Of a stretch of 64,000 bases of DNA, positions 22,864-34,155 are shown piece by piece. The notes under the pieces were generated by a model. It saw nothing but the letters and a program-made list of their open reading frames with translations. It had not been told where the DNA came from and did no database searches. Made by a program: the position numbers and the translations under genes. This DNA is from Candidatus Eiseniibacteriota bacterium (GTDB taxonomy: Bacteria > Eisenbacteria > RBG-16-71-46 > SZUA-252). Location: contig OY969801.1 of assembly GCA_963703225.1 (NCBI GenBank), positions 736,001-800,000 on the forward strand, read 5' to 3'. The first letter of the stretch is position 1; each line of letters starts with the position of its first letter.

Positions 22864-23521
22864 TCAGGCGACCCGCACTTTGGTCTGGAGCGTGTGCCGC
22901 GCCGGGCGGCCGTCGACGTTCATGCGGATCGTGCGGGCATGATTCTCGGCGACCGTCAGCATGATGCCCACCCGACGCACGAAATGGTTGTAGATCATCA
23001 CGGCCGGCACCGCCACCAGGAGGCCCGCCGCCGTCGTGAAAAGCGCCTCGGCCACGCCCGCGGCCACGACCGACGGTCCAGCCGAGCCGGTGCGGCGCCA
23101 TGTCGTGGAACGCCCTCATGATGCCCCACACGGTCCCGAGGAGACCGAGAAGGGGGGCGGTGTTGCCCATGGTGCCCAGGAAGCCGAGATGTCGCTCCAT
23201 CTGGAGGCGCTGCTCGCTCAGGGCGATGTGGAGCTGCTCCTCGGCCGCGTCGGGGTTCTGATCCATGCACCGGATCACATCCGCGGCGACCGGGCCCACG
23301 GGGTGCGACTCGGCCGAGCATATCCGCACGGCCTCTTCGGCGTCCCCTGAGCGCAAGGCGACCAGGGCCGACGCAAGAAGCCCATCCGGGTTGCCCCGCC
23401 GCTTCCAGAAATAGACAGCGCGCTCGATCGCAAATCCGAGGGTGAGCACGCTGCAGAGCAGAATGATCACCATCACCGGACTCGTGCGCATGGCTTCGAT
23501 CCAATCGAAGTTCTCGAACAT
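22864..23521 (-). CDS. exbB: MotA/TolQ/ExbB proton channel; frameshift near 23095
   Basis: LGTMGNTAPLLGLLGTVWGIMRAF then VAEALFTTAAGLLVAVPAVMIYN. Confidence 0.9.
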
Positions 23522-23567
23522 CGCCCTGCTCCTTTCCGTCTCGGGACCGGCCTGGCCGGCCGCTTTG

Positions 23568-26500
23568 TTACGGCCTCTTGACGCCTCTTGATTCGAGCTG
23601 AGAGGCCCTGCCCGCCGCGGCCGCGGCCAGCTCGTTATCCTTCGAGTTCTGCGCGATGTCGCGATAGGCGTTCATCGCCCGCACGAAGTCCTTCCTCGCC
23701 TCGTAGATCGCCGCGCACCGGGCCAGCGCCGAAAGGCGGTATGCGTTCCGACGGTCCGTCGAGGCGGCGGCCCGGTTGTACGACTTGAGCGCCCCATCGA
23801 CGTCGCCCTGCTGCTCCAGCGCGTGTCCGACTCGGTAGTGAAGCTCCACCTCCAGAGACGCTGCGGGGCGCGAGGCGAGCGCGCGCTGGAACTCGACCAG
23901 GGCGGTGTCCTGATTGCCCAGGGCCTCCTCGATGTCTCCCAGCTGATAGGCGACGTCGGCCGCGCGCGCGTCGTTCGGGTGCTCCTCGCGGTATCGGGTC
24001 AGCGCTTCCTTCGCATCGGACGTTTGTCCCAGCTGCCGCTGACAGAGAGCGAGGTTGTACCGCGAGGCCGCCTTGACGTCCGCGCTCGTGCTCTCGCCAA
24101 GAACCTGCGTGAAGGCGAGGGCGGCGCGCATGTAGTCGTTGGCCTGGAACTGCTGGAGGCCGAGCTGGAACTCCGCGGTGGGGCGGAGCTCGCTCTCGGG
24201 GAAGAGCGTCAGGAATTGCTCGTAGGCGAGTCGCGATTCGTCCTGCGCGCCGGCCCGGGCGTAGGAGTCCGCGAGGAGAAATTGCGCCTGGTCGGCACCG
24301 GAGTAGCCCGGGAACTGGCTCACGACGCGGCGGAACCCATCGGCGGCCGGGCCGTATCGCTTCGCCTGATAGTCGCCCTTCGCGATCTGAAAGAGCGCGT
24401 CGGCGGCGAAGGTGCCGGTCGGGAATTGCTCGACCAGCTTGGCGAGGTCCGCGGTTCCCTTCGGGGTCTGGCCCATACGGTACAGGGTCAGCTCGGACCC
24501 TCGCTGCGCCTCGCGGGCCACCGGAGAATCGGGGTATCGGGCGATCACCTCGGAATAGCCCTGGAGCGCCTCGGCGTCGTGGCCGGAGTTGTACTCGCAT
24601 TGGCCGAGCCTGAGCATCGCGAGCGCGGCCCCGTCGGTCTCGGCGAAGTGCTCCAGCAGACCGCGGTAGCAGCGCCGGGCGTCGTCATAGCGCTGGGCCT
24701 GGAAGTAGAGGTCGCCCGCGCGCGCCCAGGCACGCTCGGCGATCGGGGCGTCCGCGCTGTCCTTGACGATGGCTTCCCAGTGGTCCACGGCGTCGCCCGC
24801 GCGGTTCAGCCGCACGTACGCGAGCCCGGCTTGATAGTGCGCGAGGAGCCGGCCCGGGTGCTTGGGATATCGCTTGAGGAATCCCTCGTACCCGTTCGCC
24901 GCCGCGCGGTAGTTCTTCTGGTTGAAGCGGTCGTGCGCGATGTCGAGGAGGGCCTGCGCGACGATATCGGGCCTGCCGCTTCCGCCGTAGCGCGCGACGA
25001 GACGCTCTTCCGTCGCGATGGCCAGGCTGTCCCTGCCCTGCCGCGCGTAGCTCCAGGCGAGCAGCTTGGTCGCGTTCGCTCCGATCGGATGGGTCGGGGA
25101 AGTCATGCATCAGGCGCTCCAGCGTCGCCTGGGTCTCCGGGTATCTCGCCTGCGCCGCGGACGCGTCGGCGTCGATGAGCAGCGCGTACGCGCGCCACGG
25201 CGAGCGGCTCGGCGGCATCTTTTCGAGGAGCACGTGAGGGGCGCCCGCCAGCTGACCCAGATCTCCGGCCTGGTGGTACGAATAGAGCAACAGACAGAGC
25301 GCGGCGTCGACCAGCTCGAGGCGCTCCGGCGAACGGAACATGTCGAGGCTGGGCTTGTCCACTTGCGCCACGTAGCGGTCGAGCACGATCTGGAAGTAAG
25401 GCGCCGCGAGGCGGGGTTTCCCTTGGGAGAGGAGCCCGACGCCCGCGAGGTAGGCGGCGGCCGGGGCTTCCGGCTCCAGCGGGTATCCCGAGACGACGGC
25501 CTGATAGCTGCCGGTCGCGTCGCCCTTCCGGCCGAGGGCGTCCAGGCAACGGCCGATCCGATACTGGGCGCTCGCGGCGACGGAGTGCTGGAAGTATTGC
25601 TTCAGCACGCGATTCATCTCGACGATGGCCTCGGCGTACAGGCCGCGGCTCGAGAGCACTTCGCCGACGAGGAACTGCGCGCGCGCCGCGACGTTGGTGT
25701 CCGGGTAGCGCTCCACGATGCCGCGGAGCAAGCCGAGCGCGGAGTCGGCGGCGCCCGCCAGAAAGACCGACCCCGCTCCGCGGACCTCGGCCTCGGCGAT
25801 GACGCGAGGATCCTGGGCGTTGCGCGCGACGCGGCTGAATTCCTCCGCCGCGCTCTTGTAGTCGCGGACCAGCAGAAACGCGTCCGCTTTCCCCAGCATG
25901 GCAGGGTCGCGGAGCGGAGAGCCGGGGTAGCGATCGACTACTTCCTTGAACGCCGCGGCCGCCTGAAGCACCGATCCCTGGCCACGGTAGCAGAGGGCCC
26001 GGAGATAGGTGGCCGAAGCGCCGGTAGTCTTGGGATTGATGGCGGCGAGCGCATCACGCGGCTTTCCCTGCACGTACAGCAACGTGGCCCGGGCCATTGC
26101 CACGCGCGCATCGCGCTCGTACCACGCGCCCGCCTGAGGCATGGTCGCGATCAGCTTGGCCGCGAGATCGATCTCGCCGCGGCGCAGCGCGTTCCATGCT
26201 TGGGCGAGGCGAGCCTCCCCACGAAGCGGACTCTCCGGGTGGCGCTTCTCCCAATCGATCCAGGCGTCGGCCGCCTCGCGATCCCGCCCCGCGGCCTCCG
26301 TCGCGCAGATCGACTCGAACTCGACGTCGTCCACGTAGGGGCCGTTTCCCATCCGCCCCGCGGCCCGTCGGAACTCATCCGCGGCGCCCGCATAGTCCTT
26401 CAGCTCGTAGCGGATCTGGGCGGAGAGCGCCGAGACGGCGGCCTGCTCCTCTTGGGAAAGGTCGCCGCGGAGCGAGGCGGCGGTGGTCCGCCCGAGCTCC

Positions 26501-26703
26501 TCCAGGGCTCCGACTCGGTCCGCGCCGGAGAGCAGACGCGCCGATTCGAACGAGATCCCCGTCGACTTGATCTCGTTGGATCCGCTCGCCTTCCCGGGCT
26601 CCGGGCGGCTCTTGTCACCGGCGAGTACCCGACCCGGCGCGACGAGCAACCCGAGCGTGAGGCCGACGGCGACGACCGAGCGGTGGAAGCAGGTCTTGAT
26701 CAT
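23568..26703 (-). CDS. Large exported TPR protein (~1040 aa, CpoB/BamD-like repeats); frameshift near 25095
   Basis: Signal peptide; many repeats of the type A..Y..V...YP.S..A..A.Y.LG across ORFs 24685-26727 and 23568-25106. Confidence 0.85.
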
Positions 26704-26723
26704 GATTTCGGTCCTCGCTCCGT

Positions 26724-27980
26724 TCACTCGACCGGGATGACGGGGACGGTTCCTTGCGGCCCACCGGTCGAAATCTGGACCACGCGTGTGTGGCTTTCGA
26801 TCTCGCTTCCCTCTTGGTCCAGAACGGTCAGCGTGTACCGGTAGCTGCCGTCGGGAAGGGGGGCGCCCTTCTCGTCCTTTCCGTCCCAGAGGAGGTGGGC
26901 CGGCGGCGCCCCCTTGCCCCCGAACGTGCGGACCGTCTCGTCGGACTTGTTCACGAGGCTCAACGTCCAGCTCTCCGGCTGGCCCTTCGTGCGCGCGTTC
27001 AGGTCGATCTTGGTCACGGCCTTTTCGCCGGTGGGCGAGAAGACGGGAGGATCGGCCTTGGCGCTCGCGAAGAAGCCGCCGAATCGGTACGTGAGACCGA
27101 GCCGGTGCATCATGCCCAGCGGGTGATCGATCACCCCGTAGTCGAACTGGTACTTTCCGGCGAAGCGGTACGAGAGCCCGCCGGCCGGCTCCTGGTCATC
27201 CATTCCCACGCGAAGCCCGATGGAGTTCTGCACCCAGTATTCCGTGCCGGCGCGGACGCGCGTCCCGGGGCCATTTGACTGATCCAACTCCGCGGTCAAT
27301 AGGCCGCGGCCGCGGAGGAGCTGCGCCGAGAATCCCGCCCGGAACTCGATCGGGTAGGTCTCCTTGGAATCGCGCAGGGTGATGGATGGACCTCCCAGGT
27401 TGAGCACGGAAGCCCCCACCTTGATGGCCGGGGTCAGATTGTAGAGTCCGCCGAGGTCAAAGCCGACGCCGGTGCCGGCGAAGTCCTCGACGCTCTGCCG
27501 CACCATCTTCGCGTTGGCGCCAATCGCGAGGCGGGTGTTCACGCTCTTGGCCATCGACAGGATGTAGGCCGTCTCGCCCTCGCCAAATGTTCCCAGCGGA
27601 TCGTTCAGCTCGTTCGTCCGCTCGAAGTTCCCCGAGCTCAGGTAGACGACAGTCAGGCCGAAGCTCGGGAGCCTGTTCCCGGGGACCGCGAAGTTGAATG
27701 CGTTGATCGATGTGTCTTCGAACAGTCGCGCCGTCTCGAAGCGAAGCTCGTTCGGAACAAGCTGGGCAAGCCCGGCCGGATTCCACACTGCAGCCGAGGC
27801 TTCATCCGCTAGGCCGACGAAGGCCCCACCGAGCCCCAACGTGCGGGCCGTGACGTACTGCGAGAGCCACGAGCCCGGGACGCCCCCAGTCTCATTTTGC
27901 GCAGCCGCGGGAGCCGCCGAAAGCGACAGCGTCAGTAGGAATATCGCCCCGCTCTTCATCAAGCGATCGATGCGTATCAT
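26724..27980 (-). CDS. PorV/PorQ-like beta-barrel fused to a C-terminal FlgD-Ig domain
   Basis: ARTLGLGGAFVGLADEASAAVWNPAGLA, GVGFDLG, MHRLGLTYRFG; then FSPTG...LLWDGKDEKGAPLPDGSYRY. Confidence 0.85.
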   Translation of the reverse strand: MIRIDRLMKSGAIFLLTLSLSAAPAAAQNETGGVPGSWLSQYVTARTLGLGGAFVGLADEASAAVWNPAGLAQLVPNELRFETARLFEDTSINAFNFAVPGNRLPSFGLTVVYLSSGNFERTNELNDPLGTFGEGETAYILSMAKSVNTRLAIGANAKMVRQSVEDFAGTGVGFDLGGLYNLTPAIKVGASVLNLGGPSITLRDSKETYPIEFRAGFSAQLLRGRGLLTAELDQSNGPGTRVRAGTEYWVQNSIGLRVGMDDQEPAGGLSYRFAGKYQFDYGVIDHPLGMMHRLGLTYRFGGFFASAKADPPVFSPTGEKAVTKIDLNARTKGQPESWTLSLVNKSDETVRTFGGKGAPPAHLLWDGKDEKGAPLPDGSYRYTLTVLDQEGSEIESHTRVVQISTGGPQGTVPVIPVE

Positions 27981-27991
27981 CGGAATTCCCC

Positions 27992-30900
27992 CTAGCGGAC
28001 GACCGCGATCTTGCGGCGAATGACATGCAGCGTCGAACCTTGCCCTTGAGCCTCGATGAGCACGACGTATCCGCCGCTCGCGACCACTTCACCCTTGCCG
28101 TTTCTGCCGTCCCAGACCCACTCGTTGGAGCCGGGATTGCCCCCCGGCATGCCGCGATCGAAGACCACCCGGCGCACCAGAGAGCCGCGTGTTCGTGAAG
28201 ACGCGGAGCGTCACGGTCGCGAGGTCGTCGAGCTTGTACGCGATCGTCGTGCCCTCGCTGCCGGCATGGAACGGGTTCGGAAAGTTCGTGGCATAACCGC
28301 CGCCAGCGGTCGGATCCACGAGAGCGACTTCGAGATCGAGATCCTGCGTGAATCCGCCCGAGGAGGCTCGAAGGTGATCGACCTCGGGATCGCGGGGACT
28401 CAGGAAGTCGGCCCGCGCGTCGCCGTTCGCGTCGGTCAGGCTGTCGATGGGTGTCAGGATGCCGGTGCCGGAGAGGAGCGCGAAGGACATCGGACGGTCC
28501 GGGACGCCGTTTTCGTAGGCGTCCACCACGCGGGCGGTCAGCGTGGCGTGCTTGTTGCCGCCCACCCAGCTTGGGCTCGAGGCGAGGCGGACGGCGCTCG
28601 GCGGGCCGGGCGTGATCGTGATGATGTTGCTGCTCGCCGGCGCGTTCCCCGCGTCGTCGTGCGCGATCAGGATGATCGGCTCGCTGAACGTGTACGTCTC
28701 GGAGATCGAGCGCTGGCCTTGGATCAGCTGGAACTGGGTCGTGGCCAGCGTCCCGCGCCCGGGCGCCTGGGTGGAGGCGTTCTGCACCTCGACCGTGACG
28801 AAGGAGTTGATCTCCTGGATCACGCTTCCGGCGTCGTTCTTCGCCCTGACGGTCAGGGTGAACGGGCTACCCGCCTGGGCGGTCGACGGAGCGACCGAAG
28901 CCTCGAGGTGGAAACCGCTCGAGATCGCTTCGACCGGTGTGGTGCTCCCGGTCCGGGACGGATTCGTGACGTCGGAGACGGTGATTTGCTGGAAGCCACC
29001 CGTCGACAGTCGCAGGTTCATGTCGGCGCGCCCGTTCACCATGGCCTGGTCCGGAGGAAGCTGGGCCAGCGGGTCCCCGGACGCGATGTGCACGACGTCG
29101 GTGGGTCCCGTGACCGGGTTCCACCACTGGATCCGTCGCGAGCACGGTGAGCGTGAAGGCGTAGTTGATCGACTGCGCGGTCGCGGAGCCTGTGCGGCCG
29201 CTCGCGGTGCCCGGCGCCGGGGACTCGCCCGGCGCGAGAACCAGCACTCGCGAGAACGCGCCTCCGACGATCGTGACGCTTCCGGACGTGTTGTCCGAGA
29301 TGGCGGAGTTGTCCACGTCATGCGCGGTGATGGTCTGCGGCCCACTCTTGTAGAGACGGCCCGGGAAGGTGAGCTGTCCGCTCACGAGCGTCGTTTCGGC
29401 GGGCAGGCCCGCGAAGGCGTCTGTCGACGTGAGCGCGACACGGTCACCGATGCCGCTCACGACGTTCCAGTAGGCGTCGACCGCGCGGATCGTGATGGGG
29501 AAGGGGGTACCGGCCGTCTGATTGTACGGCGTCCCGTCCTTGCCGTCGGCGGTGCCGCCCTTCGCGGTCTCGCCCGGCAGGATGACTTGGAGCTTCGTGA
29601 AGGAGGCGGGATTGACGACTACGGTCCCGCTCGTTCCTGTGGCGGCCGGTGTCGAGAAGTCGGTGCACGTGAGCCGCACGGAGGAGCCGGCCCCGAAGAA
29701 GGTGACCGGGCCGGTCCAGACACCGGCCACGAACGTGATCAAGCTCGGCGTGCTGGTACCGGAACCCGTGTTGGCGGCCAGGACCGCGTCGCCCGCATAG
29801 TCATAGACCGTGTTCCCACTGGGGTCGACCGCGCGGATCGTGATCGTGACCGGGACGCCCGCTACTTGAGGTGAGGGGATCGCTGGAAAGGCAAAGTGGT
29901 CGGCCGCGCTCGGGATCACCTGGATTCCGGTGGTCGTCATCGACGTGATGTTCGAGTTGGTCTGGTCCGTCACCGTCAGCGTCTGCGTTCCCACGGTTAT
30001 GAACGTGAACGCGAGCTGCCGGAAGCCCGCCGAGAGGTTCCCATTGACCGGCGTGTCCGCTGGATCGGTGGGCGATGAGACACGGACGGCGTCCCCGCTC
30101 GACACCGGATTCCAGTAGTCATCGGTCGCGTAGACGTTCACCGTGAAACTGCGGCCGGCTGCCTGATTCGCCGCAACCCCGGTGATGCCGCTCACGCTTC
30201 CGGGAAGGGGCGACTGGCCCGGCGCCACGATCTGCAGTCGCCGGAACGCTCCGGGGTGGACGACGAAAGCGTTGCTGACACCGCTCTGGGATGGATGGCC
30301 CTGGACTTCGGCCGCGACGAATACGTTCCCAGTGCTCGGATCCGTCTCGTCGGCCCGGTAGACGGTGACGCTGCCGCTCCATTGGCCAGACGTCAGGTTT
30401 ACGGTGGCCGGGGTGATGCGGCCATCGCCGAAGCTGGTAAGTTGACGCAGCTGCACCGTGCCCGAGAACCCGCTCACGAGGTCGCCGTTCGGATCCCGAG
30501 CCGTGATCGTGGCCGAGATCGAGACACCGGCGTTCTGGTCCCTTGGAATAGTCGAGAACTCAAGACTCTGGAGCACGATCGATCGGACCAAGGAGCTGGG
30601 GCCGTCCGGAATCGTCACGTCCGACTGGTCGTGCGCGTAGATGGTGAAGTTACCGCCCGCATTCAAGATCACGAGGAAGTCGCCAGTGCCCCCGACGAGT
30701 TGGGCCGCGGCAGGGAGCGACGCGCTAGCGTCCGAACAGAGAATCTGGATCGAGTGGGTTACCGTGGGCACCAGCGCCCAGGACGCGTCGCATGCACGAA
30801 CCGTCATGTAGAATGGAATGCCCGCGGTCTGCGCGGCCGGGCTCCCCGTCTTGCCCGAAGGCGTTCCAGGGGCCGCCGTTTCGCCGGGCAGCAACACTTG

Positions 30901-31005
30901 GAGCCGCGAGAACGGCCCAGCGATCGCGGGGACGGCTGTGAGTAGCGCGGTCAAAGCCAGAGCCAGCCATACTCCCGCGCGAGCGGCGCGAAGTGTTTGC
31001 CGCAC
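27992..31005 (-). CDS. Secreted multi-Ig-repeat protein (~1000 aa) with invasin-like domain and FlgD/T9SS-like CTD; frameshifts near 29130 and 28190
   Basis: Signal peptide; repeated Ig modules; ATLTARVVDAYENGVP; NFPNPF...WVWDGRNGKGEVVASGGY...RKIAVVR. Confidence 0.85.
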
Positions 31006-31119
31006 GACGAACCTCCTCGATTACGGTTTGCCTGCTTTTCCCGGCGATTGGACCCGACCCGGTTCAAATCGCCGCGGTGACGCGTCCTGGGTGGACGCTG
31101 AGCCGACCCCGTTCTCCAC

Positions 31120-31135
31120 TGCAGGCGGCGTGCCG
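31120..31135 (-). promoter_or_regulatory. sigma54 (-24/-12) promoter
   Basis: Minus strand CGGCACG-CCGC-CTGCA (GG-N10-GC), ~115 bp upstream of the 31005 ORF. Confidence 0.75.
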
Positions 31136-31276
31136 CGATTTCATGCAGATTGCGGGCCGCGCGGCGCGGCGCGCCGATCTGGTTGTGATGAACCCTTCGT
31201 GCTCATCGCAGGACGCAAGGGTGGCTCGAAGAATCCAGAACCCTCACGAGATCTGGGTGTGGCCCATCGGGTCTTC

Positions 31277-31319
31277 TCATGCAGACCGCGAGACGCGAGA
31301 CGCGGCGCGGTTGCAGATT
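31277..31319. promoter_or_regulatory. Putative enhancer (UAS) boxes
   Basis: TCATGCAGACCGCG and TTGCAGATT, repeated with identical spacing at 34156-34198. Confidence 0.65.
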
Positions 31320-31431
31320 GGAGTTCCTGCTCGGCGCCTGCAGCGTGGGTTTCCCCAAGGTTCCCAACAAAGCGAATGGGCGGGACGCGAGTGCGCCCGC
31401 CCATCGCCTGAGATCACACGACCGCGATCGA

Positions 31432-33918
31432 CTACTTCACGACCGCGACCCGCTGGACGACCTCTCCCTCCGGGGCCTGAATCCGGAAGAGATACACGCC
31501 TGAAGCCACATGTTGACTCTGCGCGTTCGATCCGTCCCACGTCAGCGTCTGATCGCCGACGCCGCGGAACCCGTCCAACAGAGACTTCACGAGCCGACCT
31601 CGCATGTCGTAGATCGACACGCGGACCCGACCCTCACGGGACAGGGTGAAGGAGAGCTCCGTCTTCGGGTTGACGGGGTTCGGCCTGACCTTCGGCTTCA
31701 TCTTGCAGCCTTTGCCGCCCTCGCCGTCCCCGTTCCTATGCTCGGTTCTCTCGCTGTCAGGCCGAACCTTGCTGAACCTTGCCACCACCGTGGCGCCGCT
31801 CGCCAGGAAGGCATGGATTTCGGCATCGGCCAGGTCGCACGGCAGCTGGCTCCCGGCGAAGAGGCGCAGTAGGGCCTCTGTCGAGAAGCAGGCGCGGATT
31901 CCAAGCGTGTCGCAATCGCCATCCGTGCCGTCATCGCAATCCTCGTGGCCAGTGCCATGGCCAATGCCGTAGCGGTGCTCATGGTCGTGGCAGTCCTTCT
32001 TCCGGGCATCGTCCGGGCAGCTCACACCGCACCGGTCCTTGTGGTTATCGTTGTCATCATCATCGTCATCGCCGTCCCCGCCTCCCTGGGGATGGCTGCC
32101 GGTCAGATAGACCGCCGCTGCATCGTGGTGACCCCGTCCATGGCCGTCGGAGTGCCGGTCATCGCCGTCGTGATCGCCATCATGACCGCCGTCGTGGCGG
32201 GGGTCGCAAACGAGATCGAGCCGGGCCCCGCCATCCAGCGCCGCGATCGACTGGCCGTGGAATTGGAGCGTGATGCCGGAGAGGACAACGTCGCGAATGT
32301 CGAAGGAGCCGTCGACCGGTCGTACCCTGAAGCAGGTGGCATCACTTCGGGGCTTGAACGCCCCAAGGAGGCACGCCTTTCCCGGGACTTCCGCCACGTC
32401 GCTACCCACATCGACGACCGTAATGTTCGTGGTCGCGGTGCCGGTGCCGCCGTGTCCGTCATTTCCGACAAAGGGTACCTCATAGACGCCCGCCTGGGTG
32501 TCATCTGGGGTCCAGGAGAAGGTACCGGTGTTATCCCCCTGATCGGAGAACAAGGCGCCGGAAGGCACCGGATTCGCCGAGAGCGCGACGTGATCCCCGT
32601 CAGGATCGGAGCCCGTCACCGTGAATGAGAGATTGACGCCCTCGTCCACCTGCTCGTTCGATGGGGCCGTTACCGTTGGCACGTGATTCTCGACGCCACC
32701 GCCCGTCACCGTGATTGCAGTGCTGGCCGAGCCCGTGCCACCGCGATTATCTCGACCGGTGAACGAGGCCAGGTACATGCCGGCCTGACCGGAGCCCGGG
32801 CTCCACGTGAAGGTGCCCGTGTTGTTCAGGTTGTCGAGGAAATCCGACCCGGGGGGCAGACCGGTGCCGGCGAGATCTACATGGTCCCCGTCGGCATCGC
32901 TCGCGGTCACGTCAAAACTGAGGGTCGATCCGACAGCGACCGTCTGATTCGCCGGAGCGCTCAAGACCGGCGCGTGGTTCGCGGGCCCGCCGTCCCCGGT
33001 AACGATGATGTCGAAGGTCTCGGTGACGGACATCCCGAGCGAGGTAGCGGTGACGGAGGCCGGGTAGGTGCCTGCGCTGCCGTTCGGGGGGGAAACCGTA
33101 ATCGTCGTATTCACAGCCCCCGTTCCCGTACCCGGTGGATTCAGGGTGGCGAACGACGGGAGTGTGGCGGTGAGATTGATGAATGCGCCCGCCATGAAGG
33201 TCGCGTTGACCGGGACGGATACCGAGGAGCCACCCTGCACCGTGACGTCATCGATCGGCGTGATCGCGAGCCGAGGCGCGCTCGCGACGTGAATATGCGT
33301 CACGGCCGCCCCCGCGAGGGTGTTCGTCGCGGTGAAGATGACGTCGAACTCGCCGGCATCCCCGACGCCCGTCGACCAGTCGAATACTCCCGATGAATTC
33401 GAGCCGTTCGGCGTGAACGTTGACGCGTCGGGAAGACTGGAAATGCTCAGGGACTCGATGTTGTCCCCGTCCGGATCGGTGGCGCTGACGGTGAAGGTGA
33501 GGTGCGACCCTGCCGTGACCTCTTGGAGCGCCGGAGCGCTGACGGCCGGGGGTCGGTCCGAACCCGCGGCGTTGACCGTGATTTGAAAGACCCTGGTGCT
33601 CGGCGTGCCGTCCGCGACGGCCGTCACGGCGGCCGAGTGGTTGCCGAGGTCGGTGCTCGACGGAGACAGTGTGAAGCTGGTCACCACGGTCCCGGTTCCG
33701 CTCGTCGGAGTGTTCAAGGTTCCGAACGATGGAAGGGAAGGGGTGAGAGCGATCGGACGGCCGCTGACGTCGATCGCCACCACATTCACGGTCGCCGTGG
33801 CGCCGGCGTTCAAGGTCACGTTCGGAATGGGTGACAGCATGGGCGCCTGGGCATAGGCGCTCGCGAACGGCGCGAGCAGAGACAGGCACAGGGCCAAACA
33901 CCTAAGTGACGCCTTCAT
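31432..33918 (-). CDS. Secreted cadherin-like/putative-Ig repeat protein with His/Asp/Cys-rich insert and FlgD/T9SS-like CTD
   Basis: SD GAGGAGG, signal peptide MKASLRCLAL..AYA; repeats NHAP.....V..G..L.F.VTASDADGD; CTD PNPVNP...IYDMRGRLVK.L...WDG...VASGVY. Confidence 0.88.
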   Translation of the reverse strand: MKASLRCLALCLSLLAPFASAYAQAPMLSPIPNVTLNAGATATVNVVAIDVSGRPIALTPSLPSFGTLNTPTSGTGTVVTSFTLSPSSTDLGNHSAAVTAVADGTPSTRVFQITVNAAGSDRPPAVSAPALQEVTAGSHLTFTVSATDPDGDNIESLSISSLPDASTFTPNGSNSSGVFDWSTGVGDAGEFDVIFTATNTLAGAAVTHIHVASAPRLAITPIDDVTVQGGSSVSVPVNATFMAGAFINLTATLPSFATLNPPGTGTGAVNTTITVSPPNGSAGTYPASVTATSLGMSVTETFDIIVTGDGGPANHAPVLSAPANQTVAVGSTLSFDVTASDADGDHVDLAGTGLPPGSDFLDNLNNTGTFTWSPGSGQAGMYLASFTGRDNRGGTGSASTAITVTGGGVENHVPTVTAPSNEQVDEGVNLSFTVTGSDPDGDHVALSANPVPSGALFSDQGDNTGTFSWTPDDTQAGVYEVPFVGNDGHGGTGTATTNITVVDVGSDVAEVPGKACLLGAFKPRSDATCFRVRPVDGSFDIRDVVLSGITLQFHGQSIAALDGGARLDLVCDPRHDGGHDGDHDGDDRHSDGHGRGHHDAAAVYLTGSHPQGGGDGDDDDDDNDNHKDRCGVSCPDDARKKDCHDHEHRYGIGHGTGHEDCDDGTDGDCDTLGIRACFSTEALLRLFAGSQLPCDLADAEIHAFLASGATVVARFSKVRPDSERTEHRNGDGEGGKGCKMKPKVRPNPVNPKTELSFTLSREGRVRVSIYDMRGRLVKSLLDGFRGVGDQTLTWDGSNAQSQHVASGVYLFRIQAPEGEVVQRVAVVK

Positions 33919-33988
33919 GTGACCTCCTCGAATCTGCATGGGTGTCTTCCAAACTGGAGCAAAGACATTCCCGTTCACTTCCGTAGGA

Positions 33989-34004
33989 AGCAGGCGGCGT
34001 GCCG
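33989..34004 (-). promoter_or_regulatory. sigma54 (-24/-12) promoter
   Basis: Minus strand CGGCACG-CCGC-CTGCT; part of a 34-bp block 33/34 identical to 31121-31154. Confidence 0.75.
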
Positions 34005-34155
34005 CCATTTCATGCAGATTGCGCCGTGTGTGGCACCGCACCCCGATCCGCTTGAGACCAAGCGATCGCGCCTGTCGCAGGACGCTATGGGGGCTCGAAT
34101 GGAGCAGCGAGGGGCGGAGGAATGCGGGCCAATGGCCGCGGCGGACCAGAGGGAT

